Positions 7,069-14,501 are shown, counted from the first letter of the stretch. The stretch is 40,000 bases of DNA from an uncultured Hyphomonadaceae bacterium (GCA_964342455.1 CAYFGB010000010.1:1-40000); one strand, 5' to 3'. Notes: a model not told the origin generated them from the letters alone. Numbers and translations: made by a program.

Positions 7069-7085
7069 AATATCATTATGATATT
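7069..7085. promoter_or_regulatory. 17-bp palindrome AATATCATTATGATATT (candidate operator, copy 2)
   Basis: Same site as 6996-7012, with centres 73 bp apart. It lies in the spacer between the cas1 stop and the 90-aa gene. Confidence 0.5.
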
Positions 7086-7258
7086 TAATAACTTTCAATG
7101 GTCACGAAGGTGGAGTTTTCGGTAGGGGCTATATCTGTCAGATGAGGTGAGTATTGAGCGCTCAAATTCAGGCACGAAGCCTTAGATTGCGCAAGCAAAC
7201 TATGAGAGCTTATTCCCAGATATGTAAAAGAACCAACTCAATGGGTGGCAGCAGCTTG

Positions 7259-8314
7259 CTACAATTGGCCAGAACACAGACAGGCCCCAACTGATAAAAT
7301 GGCCGCCAGCTTCGCCGACAGCCTGCACATTCCATCTTGTCGGATGTAAAAGTCTTTCACTGTGAACCGTTCATTCAGTGCAAACTCCAACACAGCCTTA
7401 TCGACTTCAGGCCTATGTGGTTCAATGAGGTCCAACACATAGGAAGGGCGCTCTTCATAATTGCCATGAAAGATGCCGAAGTTCGGATCGTATCCGTGCG
7501 CCACCACGTCTAGTCGAATTTGAGATTCCAGAACCGCATAGCCATAGTTCAACATGGCATTGATGGGGTGATCCGCCTTTCGGTTACGCGCATTCTTACC
7601 TGCAATATTGGATGACCGTTTTGAATAGCTGAGCCATGGCGTTGGAACAGGATGTTGATTAATGCCCTTCCACCTCAACTCCAATCCGTTCCAGACATCG
7701 AAGTACCGTGCGGCAGCAACGCCTTCGATGCCCCGCAAGGCATCGACGCTGTCGGCTTCTCCATTTGCAATCTTGTGAAGGCCTTTCTCGGCCCAGATTT
7801 CCGCTTCGCGCCTCACCTCTGACGGCGGAAAAATTTCCCGTAATGTCACAAGGCTCGCTTCGAGCTTTCGTCTCACCAAAGCAGCACAAAAATCGAGACG
7901 TTTTTTCGGGTCATTTCGAATGGCAATTTGTTCCTGTAGTCTGACTGCGCAGATTGCGCCTTTTGATCCTCCGACAATGGCGCTGACTTTTCCCTTATAG
8001 GAGAGGTTCAAAAGCACCACGTCTTGAGCTTCCAGCCAGTCCAAAACAGCAAGCGTAATTGCGCCGGATGTTTCGATAAAAATGATGCGTTCTGGAATAG
8101 CCATTTCACCGGGATAAAACCGCCAGAACTTTTTCTCCTCGCTCGCATAGCTGCGCCCATTCTCAATTTCGAGTGCACCATTTCTGATGCGCAATTGGAC
8201 GCCATGTCCCGTCAAAATCAGTGGGTGCTTTCTTCGATGTCTGGCAAGCGTTTTAGGTTCCAGTTTTTCCGCTTTATTTTCCCAATACGCACAGCGCGAA
8301 TCCCAAGTGTCCAT
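7259..8314 (-). CDS. cas1: Cas1-family integrase (solo Cas1, casposase-like)
   Basis: 351 aa. The N-terminal beta domain is LILTGHGVQLRIRNGALEI...IIFIETSGAITLAVLDWLEAQDVVLLNL. The helical catalytic domain has LRGIEGVAAARYF (Glu), KADHPINAMLNYGYAVL (His) and GYDPNFGIFHG.....SYVLDLIEPHRPEVD (acidic residue). Order and spacing are typical of Cas1 (PF01867-type). Confidence 0.9.
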   Translation of the reverse strand: MDTWDSRCAYWENKAEKLEPKTLARHRRKHPLILTGHGVQLRIRNGALEIENGRSYASEEKKFWRFYPGEMAIPERIIFIETSGAITLAVLDWLEAQDVVLLNLSYKGKVSAIVGGSKGAICAVRLQEQIAIRNDPKKRLDFCAALVRRKLEASLVTLREIFPPSEVRREAEIWAEKGLHKIANGEADSVDALRGIEGVAAARYFDVWNGLELRWKGINQHPVPTPWLSYSKRSSNIAGKNARNRKADHPINAMLNYGYAVLESQIRLDVVAHGYDPNFGIFHGNYEERPSYVLDLIEPHRPEVDKAVLEFALNERFTVKDFYIRQDGMCRLSAKLAAILSVGACLCSGQL

Positions 8315-8571
8315 TTTCGACTCATTTTCTAGATGATTTATTCCTCAAGAAAATCATAGCAAAAATGTAGCCGAAAACTTAGAGAAAACGAGTTCCTTAT
8401 TGGAATAAAATGCACCAATAATTTATTTATGTTTTTTATGTCAAATTAATTCTCAGTATCTAATCTCAAAAAATGAACTCTATATTTACTGTATACATAC
8501 TATTGGCGCTAATTTTGCATGAATTTTCTCGGTAGTCCCGATACGGGACAGTTCAGAGATGAGTTTCGACC
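8315..8571. promoter_or_regulatory. AT-rich divergent control region between cas1 and the HTH-HNH-polB operon
   Basis: 257 bp, much more AT-rich than the surrounding DNA. It contains the inverted repeat ATGATTT-N11-AAATCAT (8333-8357) about 19 bp upstream of the cas1 start. It also contains hairpin GTCCCG-ata-CGGGAC (8535-8549) 22 bp upstream of the HTH gene start. No promoter hexamers are called. Confidence 0.5.
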
Positions 8572-9084
8572 ATGCCAAGGAAAACGAGTAAGAAGCGGTA
8601 TCGCTGGACGCGAAGCAAAGCGAATGAGCGCTTCGCTGCACTGCCAACGGAACGCAGGAGAGCCTATAGACTTGCTTTTCTGAGTGTGAAGAAAGGCGCG
8701 AGCATTACTAAAGCAGCTAGAGACTTTCACGTGGACCGTGAGAACCTCTCCTCATACGTCATAGCGAATTCACGGTTCAGGAGGAAGAAGGGTGGAAAGC
8801 TCAAAATCCTTCAGGATAAGCGTGTCGTGCCAAGAAGCGTTGTCACCACTGGCGGCTTGCTTCGACTCTCCATGAGTGCCGACCAAATCGAGAAAATCAG
8901 CGCACACAATCGCGATGTCGAACGCGAACGGCAGAACAAACAAGTTGGTGTTTTGGCGAAATGGGAAGGTGAGCAGGTCAGAGACACCGATGGTAATCGG
9001 TATGATTTGCTCTTTTCCAGAGAGGAATTGTTTGAAGTTCTACCGCCTAATGAAGCGCGGGATGACAATTACGACGAGGCGTAA
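8572..9084 (+). CDS. helix-turn-helix DNA-binding protein
   Basis: 170 aa. GASITKAARDFHVDRENLSSYV looks like a classical HTH. The gene ends 1 nt before the HNH gene start. Confidence 0.6.
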   Translation: MPRKTSKKRYRWTRSKANERFAALPTERRRAYRLAFLSVKKGASITKAARDFHVDRENLSSYVIANSRFRRKKGGKLKILQDKRVVPRSVVTTGGLLRLSMSADQIEKISAHNRDVERERQNKQVGVLAKWEGEQVRDTDGNRYDLLFSREELFEVLPPNEARDDNYDEA

Positions 9085-9085
9085 C

Positions 9086-9922
9086 ATGTCAGGGTTTCAA
9101 ACAGCAAAAGAAACGCACAAGCGCGCCACGCAGTCAGCACGGCGCGAACGCCAGCTTAAAATGCGGGGTCATGCTTGCTACATGTGCGGTGTTGAAGACC
9201 CCGAACTTCTGAAACTCGTCTATCTCGATGAGAAGAACATGTGGGACAAGTCGGAGGCTGTGCTGTGTCGTAACCACCGCCAGCTTCTTACCGTTTATCA
9301 AAACGCGGAAAAACTGCCTCAAGGGTTCCGACCCAACAGCAATGTAACCGTTTTCGATGCGCTATACATGGAAGCCAGCTTCGCTGACATGAACCGCCAA
9401 TCCTCCCTCAATAATCATAAGCAGTTTGCTGCTGAACATGTTGACCAAACGCTTCAACTTTCAAATCTGATTGAAGACCATTCGATACTCAAAAAGCGCC
9501 TGAAGAAGGCGATGAAGAAAGACCCATTTGGAACTCACGCAGATTGTTATTGTGCGATTTGCCATGAAGTGAGGCCAATGGTTCTGGAAGCTCATCATGT
9601 GGACAGGGAGGGGCTATCCGAGCGAGCCATTATTCTCTGTCATAACCATCATGACCTTGTCTCAATTGAGCAAAGATATCACCCCGACAAAGACGCGCTC
9701 CTATCGCTTGCGGATGACTATCGCGATTTTGTTGCTCAACGCCTTGGGATGGATGTTCTCGAAAAATTAGCTGCAATGCAGAAAGAGGCGACATCCAAAG
9801 TTCTATTCGATGATGCCATTCTGATGGCAAAAATTCACCAACTCGCAAATTCGCCGGATGCCGAGCTATCTGCAGAAGAATTTGAGGAAATGCTGGTTCC
9901 GGGTGTGGTAAAATGGAGCTGA
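9086..9922 (+). CDS. HNH endonuclease-domain protein (two Cys/His modules)
   Basis: Start moved to MSGFQT at 9086, because the ORF-track extension 8876-9085 overlaps the HTH gene. Module 1 is CYMCG...LCRNHRQL. Module 2 is CAICHEV..LEAHHVD......LCHNHHDLV. The stop overlaps the polB ATG by 10 nt. Confidence 0.75.
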   Translation: MSGFQTAKETHKRATQSARRERQLKMRGHACYMCGVEDPELLKLVYLDEKNMWDKSEAVLCRNHRQLLTVYQNAEKLPQGFRPNSNVTVFDALYMEASFADMNRQSSLNNHKQFAAEHVDQTLQLSNLIEDHSILKKRLKKAMKKDPFGTHADCYCAICHEVRPMVLEAHHVDREGLSERAIILCHNHHDLVSIEQRYHPDKDALLSLADDYRDFVAQRLGMDVLEKLAAMQKEATSKVLFDDAILMAKIHQLANSPDAELSAEEFEEMLVPGVVKWS

Positions 9923-12867
9923 AGCTTCGCGCCTTCGTAACACCTGAGAAAGGATTTAAGGGCTCGCGGCGAAAGCCATTTCCCAGACATCGCAGTGGAC
10001 GGACACTAACTTTCGATTGCGAAACACGCACAGACGCATCACAGCGTTTGCGGTTCGGAGCATATCGCATTGATGACGAGCCAGATGAGAATGGTGAAAC
10101 ACTCGTCTCCGAGGGCTTGTTTTACGATGAAGGCGGACTGGAAGACGGTGAGCTCGAAACACTGAAAGAGTATGCCCATTCTGAAGGTTTGCCGATTCTC
10201 AGCTATCAAGAATTCAGTGAAGAGATATTGCTCAGCCAATGTTACGAGCTGTCAGGCACAATAATCGGCTTCAACCTACCATTCGATTTGTCGCGCCTAG
10301 CCGTCAATGCATCCCCTTCCCGTAGATACAAGAACGATGACCGTTTTGAGAACGGCATTACGCTTCATCTTTTGCCCAATCAAAAGTATCGCGGAAAAGT
10401 TCGCGTTGGTCATGTAAACGCCAATCGGTCACATCTCTCATTCTACAAGGAGTTTGACTCCTACTATTTCGGCAACTTCATCGACGTGAAGACGCTCGGC
10501 ACTTCGTTGTTGTCCGGCACGTCCAGCCTTGCATCGGTTGCGAAGGCACTCGGAGTTTCGCATGAAAAAATGGAGACAGACGAGCACGGCAAGACGCTCA
10601 CGCGGGATTATATCGAATACGCCCGAAACGATGTGACCTGCACGTGGGAGTGCTATTGCGAACTGCTCACGCGACTAGGCACCCATGCGTTTGACGATTT
10701 AGACGATATGCAGGTCAACAGCGAAGCAAGCATAGGAAAAGCGTATCTTCGAGACTTCGGCATTCTGCCTTGGCGACAAGTCCAACCGAATTTTCCGCCT
10801 GAAATCACCGGCAAGATTATGAGTAGCTATTTCGGCGGTCGGACAGAAGTTCGTATTCGCCGGGACATCCGCGAAGTGTTCTATGCAGATTTCCTGTCCA
10901 TGTACCCAACGGTAAATGCGCTCATGGGGTTGTGGAAGTTCGTCATTGCGGAAGGCGTGGACTATGACGAGAGCGAAGACGCGAAATCTTGGACGACGGA
11001 GTTTCTTGAAAACGTCACCGGGGGAGATTTTCAATGCCAAGAGATTTGGCGAGACCTGCCGACGCTGGTTCAAGTTAAGCCTGATGATGACGTCCTTCCC
11101 ATTCGGGCTGATTTCGCAGATTCAGGCACAACCAATATCGGCATTAATCACCTGACATCTGACGCGCCGCTTTGGTTCACGCTCGCCGATTGCGTCGTGT
11201 CCAAACTGTTGACGGGCAAAACTCCGAAAGTTGAACGCGCAATTCGGTTCAGCCCAAAGTTACCTCAACATGGCCTGAAAACGAAAACACTACTGGGTCA
11301 AACGGACGGCGTGATTGACCCCTATAGTGACGACTTTTTCAAACGATTGATTGAAGAGCGCGCCAAACTGAAGGCGGCGAAGAACTCAGCGGCAGGTGAA
11401 GAAAAAGCCCGTCTGAAAATTGCAGAGAAAACCGTCAAGATTATTGCTAATGCGGCAAGCTACGGGCTCTTCATTGAGTTGAACCCGAAAGACTATCCAG
11501 AACCTCAAAGCGCTATTCGTTATGGGTTTGAGGTTGAGCCGCACGCGTTCGAAACCAAGACACTTGAGATACCCGGAGAGTATTTCCACCCACTTTTGGC
11601 AACCTGCATAACAGGTGCGGCTAGGCTCATGCTGGCGCTGGCTGAATGGCGCGCTGCGCAGCACAAAATAAACTGGACGTTCTGTGACACAGACGGACTG
11701 GCACTCGCAAAGCCAGACCATATGGAAAGAGCGGATTTTCTCACCAAATGTCGTGATGTTCTCGATTGGTTTAAACCGCTCAATCCATATGACGGGCAAG
11801 CTGGAATTTCTGTCCTTGAGCCCGAGGAAGAGAACTTCCACCCTGATTACGAAGTTGAAAAATCCAATCCTGATTGGACGCAGCTCCAACCTCTTTATTG
11901 CTATGCTGTTTCAGCGAAACGCTATGTCCTGTTCAACGAAATTGATGGCGACATCAATATCAGAAAATCTTCAGCTCACGGACTTGGCTATTGGGCGACA
12001 CCCTTTGGGGAGTTTGATGAAACTGCTGGTGAGTGGGAATGGCGCTTGGCACTTTGGGAGCACATCATCAAAGCTGCCAGAGAAGACAAAGATGATGAAA
12101 TCGACCTCTCGAAAGACGACCGCTTCAATCTAGCTGCAGCCGGACAATCAACCATTACGCGTTGGGATCAATTCCAATGGTATGCCCGATACAATGCGCA
12201 ACAAGCCACAGGCCATGGCCCGATTGATGATTATCGAAACGGTATTCAGCCGTTCAATTTCTTCCTTCGATTTCTGAACAAAGCTCATGACCGTGTTGAT
12301 GACACGAATCCAGATGTCGAAATCTGGCGTGCAATTGTTGGCCGGGAGCCAAAGCTTGCAGCGCCGTTCGATAAAGACTTGGGAACTGCAGCCTCACAAC
12401 TTTTCGACATTGAAGCCCAAACGAACGACGCGACAGAGGCGATTGATTTTTCGCCTTGGCTTCGGTCCTTCAGCGATAGGTTTTCCGACTATAATCTCCA
12501 TCGCGAAAACAAGTTCGCCGATTGTCAGGTCCACACAAAAGGACTTCTTCAGAGAAGGCACGTTCAAGCGAGCGGATTTGCGCACATCGGTAAGGAAAGC
12601 CATGATTGGGACGAAACACTTGTCCCGTGGGCCAATGAAAGCGGCGGAATTAGTTTCGGAACGTCCAATCTCGACACAGCATCAAAGCGGGACATCATCT
12701 TGAACGCATTGAGCAAAGGAACGTGCAGCTCAAATCAGCTTGTTCGGATGACGGGCGTTTCCAAAACCACGATGAGCCACTTGAAGCAGGGCAAACCTAT
12801 TCCACTGTCCAGCCTAGCGAAACTCCATGACGCGGTGATGTCGTTGCTGCACGCCGAAACGGTCTAG
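9913..12867 (+). CDS. polB: family B DNA polymerase with 3'-5' exonuclease domain and C-terminal HTH
   Basis: ExoI is FDCET (D at 10015). ExoII is GFNLPFDLSRL (N at 10273). ExoIII is YARNDV (Y at 10618). Motif A is YADFLSMYPT (D at 10888). Motif B is KIIANAASYGLF (11437-11472). Motif C is FCDTDGLAL (DTD at 11687-11695). A KxY motif, SAKRYVL, is also present. The C-terminal segment NQLVRMTGVSKTTMSHLKQGKPIPLSSL looks like an XRE-type HTH. Confidence 0.9.
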   Translation: MELKLRAFVTPEKGFKGSRRKPFPRHRSGRTLTFDCETRTDASQRLRFGAYRIDDEPDENGETLVSEGLFYDEGGLEDGELETLKEYAHSEGLPILSYQEFSEEILLSQCYELSGTIIGFNLPFDLSRLAVNASPSRRYKNDDRFENGITLHLLPNQKYRGKVRVGHVNANRSHLSFYKEFDSYYFGNFIDVKTLGTSLLSGTSSLASVAKALGVSHEKMETDEHGKTLTRDYIEYARNDVTCTWECYCELLTRLGTHAFDDLDDMQVNSEASIGKAYLRDFGILPWRQVQPNFPPEITGKIMSSYFGGRTEVRIRRDIREVFYADFLSMYPTVNALMGLWKFVIAEGVDYDESEDAKSWTTEFLENVTGGDFQCQEIWRDLPTLVQVKPDDDVLPIRADFADSGTTNIGINHLTSDAPLWFTLADCVVSKLLTGKTPKVERAIRFSPKLPQHGLKTKTLLGQTDGVIDPYSDDFFKRLIEERAKLKAAKNSAAGEEKARLKIAEKTVKIIANAASYGLFIELNPKDYPEPQSAIRYGFEVEPHAFETKTLEIPGEYFHPLLATCITGAARLMLALAEWRAAQHKINWTFCDTDGLALAKPDHMERADFLTKCRDVLDWFKPLNPYDGQAGISVLEPEEENFHPDYEVEKSNPDWTQLQPLYCYAVSAKRYVLFNEIDGDINIRKSSAHGLGYWATPFGEFDETAGEWEWRLALWEHIIKAAREDKDDEIDLSKDDRFNLAAAGQSTITRWDQFQWYARYNAQQATGHGPIDDYRNGIQPFNFFLRFLNKAHDRVDDTNPDVEIWRAIVGREPKLAAPFDKDLGTAASQLFDIEAQTNDATEAIDFSPWLRSFSDRFSDYNLHRENKFADCQVHTKGLLQRRHVQASGFAHIGKESHDWDETLVPWANESGGISFGTSNLDTASKRDIILNALSKGTCSSNQLVRMTGVSKTTMSHLKQGKPIPLSSLAKLHDAVMSLLHAETV

Positions 12868-12887
12868 CTTTCTAGCCAACACCCAAC

Positions 12888-12914
12888 CGGTACACGGATT
12901 TTCCCTTAGTATTT
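12888..12914. repeat. right terminal inverted repeat
   Basis: CGGTACACGGATTTTCCCTTAGTATTT, the reverse complement of 665-691 with one mismatch. It begins 20 nt after the polB stop. Confidence 0.9.
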
Positions 12915-12922
12915 ACCCCCCC

Positions 12923-12936
12923 TCCTTGGAAAGGAG
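12923..12936. repeat. right copy of putative target-site duplication (TCCTTGGAAAGGAG)
   Basis: Identical to 640-653. It sits inside a third copy of the host hairpin (12916-12943) that lacks the ACCTCACCCC part of the DUF559 flank. Confidence 0.7.
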
Positions 12937-12958
12937 AGGGAGGCGCTGAACTTTAACG

Positions 12959-13204
12959 TCAATCCTCTTCACCCAACGCCGCAAGTTTCGCCTGAACGCG
13001 GCCCCGGTTTTTCGTTGCGATAGCAACATATTGGCTAGCGCCCGCCGCTTCAAAAACCTCAAGCGCCGCGTCAGTACACGCAATCGAGCGCTGATAATTG
13101 TCTCTTTGGTTCTCGCCCTTGTCGCCCATCGTTTCGTAAAGTACTGCCAGATTTGCCTGCGCCGTGCCTGAAACTATCCCGCTCCTGCCGTTTTCATGCC
13201 GCAT
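12959..13204 (-). CDS. small TPR-like protein or fragment
   Basis: 81-aa ORF. ANLAVLYETMGDKGENQRDNYQRSIACTDAALEVFEAAGASQYV resembles the terminal repeats of TPR proteins. It may be a remnant. Confidence 0.35.
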   Translation of the reverse strand: MRHENGRSGIVSGTAQANLAVLYETMGDKGENQRDNYQRSIACTDAALEVFEAAGASQYVAIATKNRGRVQAKLAALGEED

Positions 13205-13302
13205 CAGTGGGGCATGTGTTTTGCGCGTGCAAATGAGTAGGCATTTGCGATGAATGCCGTTAGGACGTTAAGGATGACTGATATGACAACGCCCCGGGGG
13301 AA

Positions 13303-13821
13303 TTGATGGAAGCGGTCAGCGACGACAAAGGCTCAATCTACGAACAATTGGTGCGGTTCACCCGGACGCACGCCCCACCACAGACAGCCACGCGGCGAAG
13401 CCGGGTCCGGCCCGCCAGCCGTATGGAAATGTATATTGCGGCGGGAATGCTGGCGCTGCCCATCATACTGATCATTCTGAACGGTCTGATCGCGGGCGAT
13501 TCCTTTATTGGTGACATTCTGAATTTTGGCCTGATGGGCGTTTTTCTGGTCGGCATTGTCTACGCCCTGTCCGTGGCCGGATCGATGATCCTGTCGAAAC
13601 GCGGCAGTCCGCCTGCCGTCAAATGGGTCGCCGCTGTCGTGCTGGAACAGGATACGCGGTTCGATGAGGGCATTCCGGTCGATTATGTTGTGCTCGAGCT
13701 TGAAGACGGAAGGCGGGTGACCCTGAAAACGGATAGCGATACCTCCGACAGGGCTCAGATGGGTACGATTGGCTGGGCCAATATCGAAAAGTCCACACTC
13801 GTCCGTTTCGTGGCTGAGTGA
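13303..13821 (+). CDS. membrane protein, function unknown
   Basis: 172 aa with two hydrophobic helices followed by a soluble C-terminal domain. Its stop overlaps the GTG of the next ORF. The antisense ORF 13333-13836 is judged a shadow ORF. Confidence 0.5.
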   Translation: MMEAVSDDKGSIYEQLVRFTRTHAPPQTATRRSRVRPASRMEMYIAAGMLALPIILIILNGLIAGDSFIGDILNFGLMGVFLVGIVYALSVAGSMILSKRGSPPAVKWVAAVVLEQDTRFDEGIPVDYVVLELEDGRRVTLKTDSDTSDRAQMGTIGWANIEKSTLVRFVAE

Positions 13822-13826
13822 GCGGT

Positions 13827-14492
13827 ATGAGAACACGGGTCAAAGTCTGCTGTATTTCGTCAGAGGATGAAGCGCGCCATGCGATCCGCGCCGGCGTTGA
13901 TGCTGTGGGTCTCGTCGGTCGCATGCCGTCTGGCCCAGGCCCGATTTCCGACAAGAAAATCGCCGAGATTGCCCGCGCCATTCCGCCAGCCGTCAGCTGT
14001 TTTCTGCTGACCTCGGAAACCACGGCGTCCGGCATTGCCGAGCATTTGCTGCGGACGGGCGTTTCCACCATTCAGCTGGTTCAGCATCTCTCGATCGCGG
14101 AAACCATGGCGCTCGACCGGGTGCTGCTGTCAACGCGGCGTGTGCAGGTCATCCACATGGAAGACGAAAGCGCGCTCGATCTGATCGATAAGTATGAGCC
14201 CTATGTGCATGCCTTCCTGCTCGACTCCGGGCGTCCGTCGGCTGACACACCGGAACTGGGCGGTACGGGCCGCACACATGACTGGGAATTATCGCGCCGG
14301 TTTGTCGAGAAATCGAAAAAGCCCGTTTTCCTGGCCGGTGGGCTGACCCCGGAAAACATTCAGGACGCGATTCTCAAGGTCCGGCCATTTGGTGTGGATG
14401 TCTGTACAGGCGTGCGAAATCAGGGCCATCTGGACCCGAAACGCCTCGAAGCCTTCATGAGCGCGGTGCGGATGGCGGACCGGCATCGCTAG
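13827..14492 (+). CDS. trpF: phosphoribosylanthranilate isomerase-like protein
   Basis: RVKVCCISSEDEA (compare KICGIT), ELGGTGRTHDW, VFLAGGLTPENI and FGVDVCTGV follow TrpF (PRAI) motif order. The start could be the GTG at 13818 or the ATG at 13827. Confidence 0.7.
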   Translation: MRTRVKVCCISSEDEARHAIRAGVDAVGLVGRMPSGPGPISDKKIAEIARAIPPAVSCFLLTSETTASGIAEHLLRTGVSTIQLVQHLSIAETMALDRVLLSTRRVQVIHMEDESALDLIDKYEPYVHAFLLDSGRPSADTPELGGTGRTHDWELSRRFVEKSKKPVFLAGGLTPENIQDAILKVRPFGVDVCTGVRNQGHLDPKRLEAFMSAVRMADRHR

Positions 14493-14501
14493 CCTGTCCG
14501 G

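Larger units (their letters stand above)
665..12914. mobile_element. casposon-type self-synthesizing transposon (Cas1 + PolB + HNH + HTH + cargo operon)
   Basis: TIRs at 665-691 and 12888-12914 (26/27 identical). The flanking host hairpin is duplicated. Inside are a solo Cas1 and a family-B polymerase, and no other recombinase. The ends could instead be 654 and 12922 if the G-run and C-run homopolymers abutting the TIRs belong to the element. Confidence 0.85.

Noticed and set aside
7259-8314. cas1 as part of a CRISPR-Cas adaptation module
   Set aside because: There is no cas2 or cas4, no effector genes and no repeat-spacer array anywhere in the 40 kb. The gene lies inside TIR-bounded DNA together with PolB.
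8487-8503. SOS/LexA-like box TACTGTATACATACTAT in the cas1/polB control region
   Set aside because: Only the CTGT half-site is present, with no ACAG partner. It also does not fit the alphaproteobacterial GTTC-N7-GTTC box. Only the 8-bp palindrome TGTATACA is real.
8876-9085. N-terminal extension of the HNH ORF given in the ORF track
   Set aside because: It overlaps the well-supported HTH gene in another frame. The ATG at 9086 directly follows the HTH stop.
12959-13204. Host gene disrupted by the casposon insertion
   Set aside because: The TPR-like ORF reads toward the element, and its stop codon (12959) lies outside the duplicated hairpin. The insertion is intergenic.
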